Below are positions 53,408-64,000 of a DNA stretch of 64,000 nt, one piece after another. The notes under the pieces are model-generated. The model was given only the letters and a program-made list of their open reading frames with translations. It did not search any database and was not told the DNA's origin. The DNA is from Phallusia mammillata. Taxonomy: Eukaryota. The position numbers and the translations under genes were made by a program. Each line of letters opens with the position of its first letter. Positions within the stretch are counted from its first letter, which is position 1. Location: contig OZ281500.1 in NCBI GenBank assembly GCA_965637545.1, forward strand, positions 12,772,001 to 12,836,000, read 5' to 3'.

Positions 53408-56400
53408 ATGAAAGCCTTGCTTATTGCCGATGATGCAACAGAACTGTTATACTTGTACCATGATGACGAATTTAAGAAACATGTTTCGAAAAAACTTCTA
53501 ACCGAAGCCACACCAGAGGTAAGGAAATCCCTAGCTAAACTGGGTTGATATGTTCATGTCATAACCAGTTTTTGTGTTTTTTTACCCAACTAAAACTCTT
53601 AAGTGGCTGAAAAATGTGATTGAATGTTACATTTCTGCTTCCAGTTCACCTGCAAAAACATGACAAACACTGTTTTACAAGATTGTAAATGTGTTTCAGA
53701 TACCCTTCGCTGCTTGCCTTCAAAATTTTCTTTCTCCAATTGTTTTGTCTTGTGTTACGCTCAAAGTGAAGTTAAACCTTCCCTGTTCAAATATTGAATG
53801 TTCTGATCAAGTTATTGTATTTAAGCAATTTGATGGCCTGCTGTATATAGGTAGGTGGTGGCAATAAACCTAATGTGAGGTACTGCATTTAATAGAATGA
53901 AAACTTTTTCCACAAAAGGCATACAAGCTACTAACAGCACTGTGTACAGTATGGAAGTGGAACTTCAATATTTGCACTGTTTAGTTGGAATGTTGTATGG
54001 ACCTGCTTACCATTACCAATTGAACCCTAACTCAATAACACAAAAGCAAAGGTGGTTGTATGATTTTACTTTTGGCTACAAAAGATTCTATTACATATTT
54101 ATAGTAATCTAACACCAAATGTTTTTGCAAAAAATGGAACAATTTAATGTACTTTTAATTACCATTTTCAATGGCATAAAATAAAAATCTACTTTGCTTG
54201 TATTTTTAGAGCATGGACAAATGTTTCTCTAGTGTTAGAAAGCTATTTAAATTTGTGCCTGAATGAAAGAGCTTTTCTATTTGAAGCTGTTGAGCAGCTA
54301 AAAGTCAATTCAAAAGTCTCTGAAGTATGTGGAAGGACCATTCACAAATGTATGGAAAAGTTAAATAAGTCATCAAAAAAAGACAACATACAATATGGAC
54401 TTATTTTTGTTGACACAAAAATTTTGGCATATCAATTAAGGTTTGGAAATGTTTTGCTTTGTTAAACTACTTAAATATCTCAATTTGTAACACTGTTGTT
54501 CTACTCAAATAGCTCAACAAGGCAAGATGAACTGACCACCAAAAACCTGCTGCAAATAATATCACTAATTAGTTCCAAAAGTCCATCAGTGGACAAATCA
54601 CCAGAAGTAAGATTGTTTTTCAAAAAGGTCTGGTGCCTCTTGACAAATATATATTGTTTTATTATCAGGTGATTTTTTCAGATGATGAGACAGCAACAGA
54701 TTATTTTCCAGAAATGGATTGTTCCCCTTTAAATGGAGTTTTTAGCACAGATGAAGAATTTAAAAGTTGCAACTCTGATCCAGGGGAAAGCTCTTCCACA
54801 GTTTCATTCAATTTTAATAATGTTGAATATTTAGGTTTGTCCAGGATTAGATGTTTCTTTTTATACTTAGAATATAAGCAAGTTTGTTACGCTCTGTTTA
54901 GAATCGGATAGTAACTCCCAGACCACACAATCGAATTCAGAGGAAGCTTCATTGTCTCATACTTTGGAAAAAGAAAACCACATAGAACCACATAATGATC
55001 ATTTTTCTTCTGATATTGATGGCAACTTAGAGGACTTGGTTTGTTGTTTGCATTAATGTCTTAAATTTATTTACTTTTTTGCTGAGTAAGTGCACGTATT
55101 ACCTGCTTCAAAGTTAGTGGTAGTTTAATTTGTTGCAAAGTTAAGAAAATTGTTTGGTAGATAATGTTCTATTTGAGTTTTTTTCTTGTGCAAAAATGAT
55201 ACAAGTTTTGGGGTGATTTTTATGTTATCATTAGGTTACTTATCGCATTCCAATTTTCTTGGCCTCAAACAGAAGCCCATTTATTCCATATATTCTGTAT
55301 TGTGTTCCTTTGTCCAAGTGCATCAAGATGGTATTTCTTTCCAAGGTACAAAAATTGTATGAAAAGTGTGCACTAAAACTTAATTTCTTTTTTTTTTCAA
55401 ATTATTTCAAATTCAAAAAATAAATATTGCTAGATGTATTCAAAAATTGGCAAAAACTCACTGTAAATCATTGGTGTGAAACTTATTGTAAAATGATTTT
55501 TACTGTTTGAGGTGAAAATTATGATAAAAATGTTTGACAGAGAAAAAATGCTGAGTTTTCGGATATATTGTGTGGAATGAGATACCTTCTCAGAAAAATA
55601 AAGTTTCAAGACAATATGTTGGTGGTGGAAGGAAGAGAAAACACAGTATCAAAATTGGAAACATGTTGCCGCAATTTACAGACCTACACGAAGTACACAA
55701 AGTTCAATTTTTGTAAAATATAGGCTATTTTTTGAAATTATTTAACCCAAAGCTTTTGAACTGCCCAATAAAATACAATAACCAAGTATATTGACATAAC
55801 ATAGTACAAAACTGTTTTGTCTTACTTTTATAAGTAAAGTGTTAGGTTGAAGGTGGGATTGAGAGAACTCCATATAGTCAGGGTTGCCATCGACTTAAAA
55901 CCAAAAATATGGACAAACTATAAATTAAAATTTTCATACGAAACGATTTAAACGTTTTTGAACAAACCTTTGCATTTATACGAGCCATGACATATCATAT
56001 GCAATATTTGGGCCAGAAACAATATTTTGCAGCTACTCCTTGTTCGTACAAAATACTTCTTGTATCTAACAACAGCTCAGGTCTAGGTTTACTTTTACTT
56101 GTAGCAGGAATTTGGCTAGTAATTGTTCAAAATAAGACAAAATAAGGACTCAAGTCAAAAACAAGGACATTTCTTAGAAATAAGGACAATAATTTTTCTA
56201 AGACAGCCCTTTAAAATAAGGACAAATCTTAGAAATATAGACGGTATGGCAACTCTGCATATAGGAGATCAAGTGCATAGAAAATTCATGATTGTAAAAA
56301 GAAAACTCAAAAAAATCAAAAATACATTGTTTTTTTGTTTGTTTTTTTAAGAAAACTTAATGGAAAACAACAACTAATCGGAAGAAAAATCTTGGAATCA

Positions 56401-57854
56401 TGGAAAGCCAATGGTCAAAAACAGCTTCAGATATTTTTGACAACAGACAGCACAGACAACAGTACTTTGTATGTTTTTTATTTATAAACTGATTGTTGAT
56501 TTTTTTTAAAATGTTTTATCCTAGGTTGGAAAGATGTGTTATGGAAACCCAAAGATCTCTGTTTTTGTTTTTTAAAACTTTATTTCCATCTGCTGCGGAG
56601 GAGAAAATTTTCAGGACTCCATGTGACTTCCATGAAATACAAAAATACACCAACTCAAAGTTGTCAGGTACAGTATTGTCAACTTTATTACTACAAAATT
56701 GACAAAGAAGAGTAAAAATACTTTGTTTTTAGGTTATCTTGATTATCTTTTACTAAAATCACAGTTAAGCATTGCAACATACAAAATATTTAAATATCCT
56801 GGATTAATCCAGTTTGCATTGGTACGTCGTATACGGAAAATGTCCTCTATTGTTGATGAAAGCAAGTCTTTGTTAGCGGTAAGTGAAACATGGCATATTT
56901 ATTTATTTGTCTGGCAATGTAAAGATATTATTTAGGATGAAGTTATTTGTCCATTTGTGGAAGGATTTAACAGTGAGGCAACAAGTGTCACTCTTTTGGT
57001 AAGTTTGGTAAGTTAAGCTGAAACTAATAACACTTTTAGGCAATCAGTTAAACTTTGACTGAAGAGGAGAAAGGTTTTGAAACTGTAGGGGTGGGGGTCA
57101 CAGTGACTTGCTTAAAATAAAACTCCTTTCAAATATTCTCTTTCAAACATTTGTTATCCCATAGCTCCACTAGTTCTACACTTTCCAATACAAAATCGAA
57201 ATAATATGCTATGTCTGTATTGCAAAAAAACAATTGTGAAGCATATACAGTAGCGTATTTTTTTAGGAATGTTTAAAGTGTTGTTTCTGACCTCACGGGC
57301 AGAGGTAGAATGGTGAAAAGTAACCTGTCAGTTAATAGTTTGGGGGGTACCTTTACATCCAAGGCAAGTACCCCACCCAATTGTTTTTTCGTAGATGACC
57401 TACTTTTAATTTTAGGTTGGTTTGCTTTTGCAGTTTTACAAACAAGTTCAAAACTCCTTCAGTGAACTGTGTGAAGGGAATTTGTCCACAAAAGTGGAAT
57501 CCGGTGATTTTTTATACTCTTCCAATGTGTGGTTTTCCTACACTGATACATTAGAATATGATGACAAGTCTTTAGTGAATGCAAAAACTGTCAAAACAAC
57601 TGACAACATGAAGTGTGCATCATTGTTTTCTGGTAATGTTTACAGGTATTATCGATATAACAAAGATTTAATGATCGCTTATCATTTACAAACTGTTATG
57701 TTTATGCAGACGATTGCTTGGAAGTTTAAAAATGTCTGGAAGCATTCTTACTGTTTTTCACCTCCATTGTATGCATTTTTCGGTTGTTCCTAGTGATGTT
57801 ATCGAACAACAGCAAAACGATATTGTTCGTAGTGCCTGTTCCCAATTTGCTTAA
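53408..57854 (+). CDS. HPS1: Hermansky-Pudlak syndrome 1 protein (BLOC-3 subunit), multi-exon
   Basis: MKALLIADDATELLY start; FLSPIVLSC; ERAFLFEAVEQL; GLIFVDTKILAY; PYILYCVPLSKCIKMVFL; GDFLYSSNVWF; last exon HFSVVPSDVIEQQ...FA*. Colinear with recalled HPS1 motifs. Confidence 0.85.
55879..56257. mobile_element. hAT (Blackjack-like) MITE in an HPS1 intron
   Basis: TIR CAGGGTTGCCA / TGGCAACTCTG; TSD CATATAGT/CATATAGG (7/8); internal aaaataaggac repeats. Confidence 0.75.
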
Positions 57855-59143
57855 ATGCGTTTGATTACCACCCAATTATTTAAAAGGGACTCATTTACAC
57901 TTATGTTTTTCATACATTTTTTTTCTGTTGCCAACACAGCTCTTTACATTTGTACACATGATCGATATGTATGCAAAGTTATACACTTTCACTTTGACCT
58001 TTTGAAAGTACCACAAGGTTGGTCACATGTTTTTACGACAACGAAATCAAAGCAAAGTTTGCTCAATTATAATGTTTCAGGATAGTATAATGGCCATCGA
58101 TCGTATTTATGTGTTCCGTCTCCTCACTATTTGAAACCAAGGACCACGCAGCAGACAAAAATGAACTATATCGTACGTTTACCGGCTGTAAGGGTGCGCA
58201 TGTTGGTATGATACTGCTGCTTCATACATCAACCGGCGCGATAACATTCTTTTTTTCTGCTTAAAAAATGGCACCCCCTATTTTGTCTGTAAAATCGCGT
58301 TTCACGTGTGACGGCAATGTTTTCAATGTCTTTCCTACTCTGCTGGCATATATTACAGCTACCAGCACATACTTATGTTTAGACATGCAGTAATTTTCAA
58401 CTGTGTTGTAACTTGTAACCAAATGTACCCTGTGATTTAAATAATTTCTGTGTATTTTGTTTGTGTTTGCAAAGTATGCTGCAAAAAAGTGGTTTTTAGT
58501 GCTGCTGGAAAAAAGTTCAAGATAAATCCAACTGTCAGAAAAAAATTACCTTTCATCTGTTTTTAATGTTTATGCGCTGCAACGACAATTTTAACTTTTA
58601 ATAGTGTGCAATATCAGTGGCTAAGTTGCGAATATTTTGCCAGCCTTAAAGTGTTACACATCACTGTGACTTTGGTTGCTGTAAAGTAAATGGTGCATTA
58701 TTATTTTTGCAATAAATTGACTTGGAAGTTTGTTACTTCGTTCATTTGAAATATTTACACAATGACAGGAAAAACAGAATGCATACAAGCACAGTGTGGT
58801 TGAATTACTGGCAGGTGAGTATTCCAGAGTGTGACTATTTCACGTGTCGTGGAAAACAATGGCGATTCTGCTAGACAGCAGGTCCTTGGTGTTTCGAGTT
58901 CACGTTTTAATGCGGAGTAGTGGAACACGAAATTGTTAAATAATAGAAATGCGAATGTTGTTTTTAAATCGGCATCAATTATGGTGAAAAAAGAGTACCG
59001 GTAACCAAACCTTTCTTTGATTTTTCGCACAGAAAAACAATAACGTATGTTCTGGAATATGACGTAACAAAGGTACTGCACAAGAGTTGCTAGTTTGGGT
59101 TTATTCGTATTCGCAGTAACTAGAAGTAATTCTAGATCAGGGA

Positions 59144-60759
59144 ATGGATAAAGACGTCAGTATGGACCGCGCGTATGTTTCCAAACCGTTTTTGCCGTTT
59201 AACGATTACTTGGGTTTATCAGAAGTGCTCAAACAAGTTCCAGATAAACATGAGACCAACAGGTAAAAAACTGCCTTATTTTTATCAACTTTTACTTCAA
59301 ATGCTGTGTTGGTTGGGTAGGTAATTTATGTGTGTGCCATTTTGATTCAAAAAAAGGTTTGGTTCAAATACATCGCACGAACATCAGAAAATGGTCATTA
59401 TCAAGGACAGTCAGGTTGCTGGTTGTAGATAATTTTTTTATGTCCGAAAAAAATATTTTGTTTTATTTGGTTTCTGTTTTTTCCCTAGATTGTTGCCTTA
59501 TCATTTAGGTAGCATTTAAGAATCATACCAACACTGCATTAGGTCGCTCGGTCCCATTACTTTAGTTTTAGAGGTGCAGTGTTAAGCTGAAACTAATAAC
59601 ACTTCTAGTCACAGTTAAAAATTGTTCACTAAGTGAATTCGACTGTATTAACTTTAAAAAAAATGTGTCTTAATAAGTTGATCACGTTTTAGCAACCTTT
59701 CCTCTTCCGAGATGGAGTATATCGACCAACGAATTAATGAAATCGTGGAAAAGTTCTATGCACAAAAGCAGCAATCGTCACAAGAGAAATCGATTTGTGA
59801 CCAACAATGGCAGGTTTTGTTACAATTTAATTGCGCCAAATCATAAAACAGTTTACTGTCATAGGAAGAGTTCCTCGGCAATGGTTTACAATAATCAGTC
59901 TATTCAAACCACGCCGACCGCAACGCCAGCTTCGGTTTTGAGTGACAAACCTGAGTTTTCCAGCTGGTCAGTAACTAAATCGCCCACACAATCGCGTACA
60001 AACATAAACGTAAGTTTTGTTATACCATGTGTTACAGTTTGTGGGAAACTTCGTTTAATTAAAAAAATGGTTTAATACATCGGTTGGCATGCTTAAATAT
60101 GGCTTGACCACTGTATCCAATTGTTTGTTTTTGTAGAGTCTTAGCAACTCTCCTATGTCACCGCACGTTACTAATGGTATGGCATGGTTTGCTTCTTCCA
60201 AACCTCAGGAAAATAGTTCCTCTGAAATGGATTGGAACAACGGATTAGGCGGCAATATTTTAAAAGATGCCACACCATTGTGAGTGATGTTTTTATTTTT
60301 AAGGTTGCTTATCGATAAATGATGGAATGTGGCTAAAGGTAACGTAATTTATGTATTTGAGTCAAAAGTCGATTTTATTCGTTTACATGTTTTATGCTGT
60401 ATTCAACCCATTTAGTGGTACGGCTCAACGTTTGCGAAAGAAATCGGGTTGTTCGTTTTGTCGAAATAACAAGGAAGTGGACGAGTGGGTGACCGGACAT
60501 CAGCTAAAAGATTCATTGAATAGAGTCACATGTCCTGTGCTACGAAAGTATGTAAATTTAGTCTGTGCTGAAAGCTAAAGCAAGGTGTAATTCCATAATA
60601 GACTATTTCCCTTCTAGCTATCAATGCCCACTTTGTTACGCCGTGGGAGATCATGCTCACACAATAGGACACTGTCCACTAAACCCTGACAAGAAAAAGA
60701 CTAGCCTCCCTTTAGCTGTAAGGCGTCGTACCAACGCCACAGGCAAGATGAAGCTGTAA
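59144..60759 (+). CDS. nanos: Nanos RNA-binding protein, 5-6 exons
   Basis: Exon 1 carries the NOT1-interacting-type motif PFNDYLGLSEVL. Fingers: CSFCRNNKE...HQLKD...TCPVLR and YQCPLCYAVGDHAHTIGHCP (2x CCHC). Stop at 60759. The middle exons are uncertain. Confidence 0.9.
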
Positions 60760-61122
60760 AGGTTCGGTAAATGGTTATATTGAAAATCAGGTTTTTGATT
60801 CCTATCTTGTCTTTTTGTGATTTTTTTTTCTTTTAAAAAATTTCCACCGGAGGTATTTGATTGCTAAATTAAATTGTGTCGATATTACGCAGTTCGGATG
60901 CTGTGCGTATGAATTCTACATTGTTTGTGGTTTTGTTTCTTATTTGTTCTTTTTATGAAATGTAAATGCGTTGTGTTTTTGTGGTTGGGCTAGACGTCTT
61001 TGCAGGGTGTGTAAAATATTTTCCAATGCAATTCTCGCAAGTTTTTCCAAAACTGTTTTTGCTTGTTAACGTTTCTTGTTGTTTTTTTTTGTTTCTGCCA
61101 ATAAACTAATGTTGTTTTAAAG

Positions 61123-62251
61123 CAGGGGTGGGCAAACTTTTCAGTGCAAGGGCCGCATTCAAAAGTTGTTAATCTTATGGAGCCGCATAGTATTTCACCA
61201 ACGGCCGCCAATTGCTTGCTAGTTTTTGTTTTAAAATAACTGGTGTAAAGAATTTGGTTTGTATCATATATGTATGCCATTTAAAGCCGCCTAAAATGCT
61301 CAAATTAATATTTTCAAACTTGGTGCATAAGTTTAGCTAAACGAAGCTAACCGTTTATGACGCCATAATCTGTATTGTGACGATTGCGGTGCCTGTTTTT
61401 TCGCATTGTTTGCACACAATAAGCGGATAAAAAGTCTGACGCATATAGTTACTATAGGCTGGTAATCTTTTTTCCAGTCTCACGAAATCTGTTTTTGGCA
61501 GTTTAAAAATCAAAATGTTTGGCAAAATAGTTTTAGTTTCGTCACGGCCGCCAGCGCATGTATTTTAATCAGTGGTTCTCAAACTCGGTTTTCGGGGCCC
61601 ATGCGGCTTCCAACTACTTTGTCTGTTTGCAAAGTACTGCAACAACCTAAACTTGATTCAAAGTGACCCAAGTTTTGGCGTCAACAGTGCAAAAGTTGAA
61701 ACTTGAATCGCTTTTACTTTTATCGAACGAAGAAATTGTGTCAAGCGACGATTTGCATAATAACGTGGCAGAAACAACAGGCTAAAGCACGTAAAAAGTA
61801 TGTGTGTTTAGTCCAGTGGTTCTCAAACTTTTTTATTGTCGGGGCCAAATGGTATTTTTTAAGTGTGCAGGGAGCCGCAAAAAAAAAACGAAACCTTAAG
61901 AAAATCACTAAAGAAGATGACTTTGAAAGCTAAAATAGTAATGTTTGGTGGTTTTCTGAGGTCTGGTGCGAGCCGCAAAATAAGTAGTTGGGATCCGCAT
62001 GTGGCCCCGAAAACCGAGTTTGAGAACCACTGGTTTAGTCCCTAAGTATGGTGTGGGTACAGATACTGCACATGGTATATAGGTATCGGCGAATCGCATC
62101 CCCGGTATTGTTTTTTTTTTCTCTACGTGTTATAATACTATTCAGCGTTGCTCGGTAACTTTCTCTTAAAAATGTACTAACATTTGGCGGGCCGCATGAA
62201 CTCCTTTGCCGGGCCGCATGCGGCCCGCGGGTCGTAGTTTGCCCATCCCTG
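61123..62251. mobile_element. hAT (Buster/Charlie-type) MITE carrying nested insertions
   Basis: TIR CAGGGGTGGGCAAAC / GTTTGCCCATCCCTG; exact TSD TTTTAAAG. Confidence 0.88.
61814..62032. mobile_element. Nested hAT MITE
   Basis: TIR CAGTGGTTCTCAAACT / AGTTTGAGAACCACTG; exact TSD GTTTAGTC. An inverted ~50-bp end of the same family lies at 61570. Confidence 0.88.
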
Positions 62252-63642
62252 TTTTAAAGCATATCACGTCGCGGTAGCACTAACCAGCCACAGGGCCAAA
62301 CTGGCAGTACAGAAGTAGTATCAAACATGGGCGTCCGCAGGAAAAAATACAGGGGAGGGCAAAACTATCGTCATATCGCCGTTCGATAAACGGTATTTCA
62401 GAACAAAAATCATCTGACTGTGCTACTCATTCTTGCCAATCCCAAAGTAGCAAAATAATACAATAAACACAATATTAAACATCACTGAAGTATGTGGTCA
62501 GTGGCGTATCTAGGATCGTTTTTAGGGGGGGTCAACAATATAAAATATATTGCGCCACCTTGCGGCGGCAAGTGCGCTATCTGGCGGTAGACTGTGTAGA
62601 CCTCTCTGTTAGCACCTGTTGTGCCTACTAAACTCGCAATATCAACTAAATGCTGGTTAGCCTAAGGCCCTGTGAAGCCCTTACTCTTGCTGCAAGTAAC
62701 GAACGTTATAGTCACGATTCGATCGTATACATGTAACACTTTTCAACACTCGACACAGTTGTTTCTAACAGTGGTTGCCTCTTAATCATATTGTAAATTA
62801 TCTTCACTTGTATGAGTGTGACCTAACAAAGCTATTATAAAATCCATTGTAACGTCATACGCGCAGTTGTACGCCAAGTGGCCTGGATTGGCATGTATTG
62901 TTTATTGAGATGTGTGACGAGCATCAATGCGTTACACACAAAATAGCGCACATTGCTATTCACAGTTTTGTCTGAAATTGCAAGATTTAATACTAAAACA
63001 GCCGGTCAAAATTTCTTGAGGGGGGACATGGCACGTAATAATATGCTTGTTACCGAACTATTGTTAAGTAATAATGTTCGATTCATTTAATTTGTTGTAA
63101 AACCTTATTCTGTTCTGTTACAGTTACACTTGTAATAAAGGGGTGGAGACCTACGGCGTCTTCAATTTACGTTCCAGGAATAGTTTTTGTATAACACTGT
63201 GTGAATGTTTATTGTGTTTTGTTTTAAGTTGCGGATTCTCCGACCGTTTGCGTTTTTCTTTTTTCCAGGGGGGGTCATGGTATCAAATAAAGGATTTTTT
63301 AGCAGACAGACCAACATTCCAATTATAACAGATAAGTGACAACATTGCTCTTGTTTTCTGAAACAAAAATTATTATTAACAAATCTCAAAAATTCACAAA
63401 ACATTTGTGAAAGGGGTGTACCTCTGAAAGTCTGTCGTGTACATGGCCCTCGACACACCTGTTTGGCAAACAATGTCTGGAGAAGTTCGACATCGCCAAT
63501 CATTAACGAACGTTTACCTGAGGAAAAAAGTGACAAGAGCTCGAGTAAATATTTGCTGTTGCGTCGTTCTGTGACCATTCTTTGCATCACACAAAAGTTG
63601 AAACGTTTAAACTGCACGTCGCATCGTTTTCACGAGGACAAG

Positions 63643-63882
63643 ATGGCTAACATGAACGATCCGAACGAAATAAGCTTTGAGGTGCCCGTTTTTCGTTGTT
63701 GGTGGTCCAGCACTGGGCAGGGATGTTCAGAAGTCAATCCAGATTCAAATATGTTGGATTTTAATCAGTATGGATGGCTTTACCTTGGAGGTCTTGTACT
63801 TATCGTGTTTGCGGTGTTGGGATTATTTTTCGGTATCTGCAAAGCAACTACCCCAAGCCCGAAGAAAGCTCAAGCATATTGA
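63643..63882 (+). CDS. Small single-pass membrane protein (79 aa), unknown
   Basis: ATG in aagATGg context; acidic N-terminus with a Cys pair (CWWSSTGQGC); hydrophobic WLYLGGLVLIVFAVLGLFFGIC followed by a basic KATTPSPKK tail. Confidence 0.55.
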   Translation: MANMNDPNEISFEVPVFRCWWSSTGQGCSEVNPDSNMLDFNQYGWLYLGGLVLIVFAVLGLFFGICKATTPSPKKAQAY

Positions 63883-64000
63883 CACAAACTGGTGAACATT
63901 TTGAGATGAATCTGGATTTTTATCATGAGCTCCCGAACAAATTTATTCTTTTTGTAGACTAATTTTAGTATCCGTTTACGCACTTTTGGTTTGATGACTT

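Noticed and set aside
53840-53940. Apparent frameshift in HPS1
   Set aside because: Resolved by a 69-nt GT-AG intron (53851-53919) giving LLYIGIQATNSTVYSMEVEL.
62327-63030. hAT-like end motifs (catgggcgtccgcag, cagtggcgtatc); similar orphan ends near 6996, 18190-18893, 20470 and 29450
   Set aside because: Only single ends were found, with no paired TIR or TSD to define elements.
63463-63642. N-terminal extension of the 139-aa ORF call
   Set aside because: It begins at TTG; the ATG at 63643 has the better context, so this is treated as 5' UTR.

Overview
AT-rich eukaryotic DNA with short introns. An invertebrate chordate, probably an ascidian, is inferred from gene style and domain content; this is not proven. 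Left to right: a degenerate ~2 kb inverted duplication; DHX36 (+); two tandem paralogous secreted-protein genes (-) with the architecture signal peptide / Cys-rich Ly6-uPAR-like domain / 3 CCP (sushi) / vWA; a ~5 kb unexplained interval containing a perfect 163-bp inverted repeat; USP40 (+), whose intron after the catalytic domain holds a very young antisense Ty3/gypsy LTR element with an open gag and a multiply deleted pol; HID1 with an intronless CDS (+); HPS1 (+); a multi-exon nanos (+); and a 79-aa single-pass membrane ORF (+). Introns and spacers carry many hAT MITEs with exact 8-bp TSDs and two copies of a Helitron/Helentron-like tandem-repeat element. The strongest leads are the protease-less factor-B-like gene pair, the gag-only young LTR element and its possible effect on USP40, the dual-frame nanos exon, intronless HID1 and the orphan membrane microprotein. 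Gene models were spliced by eye, and homologies come from recalled family motifs, not database searches.
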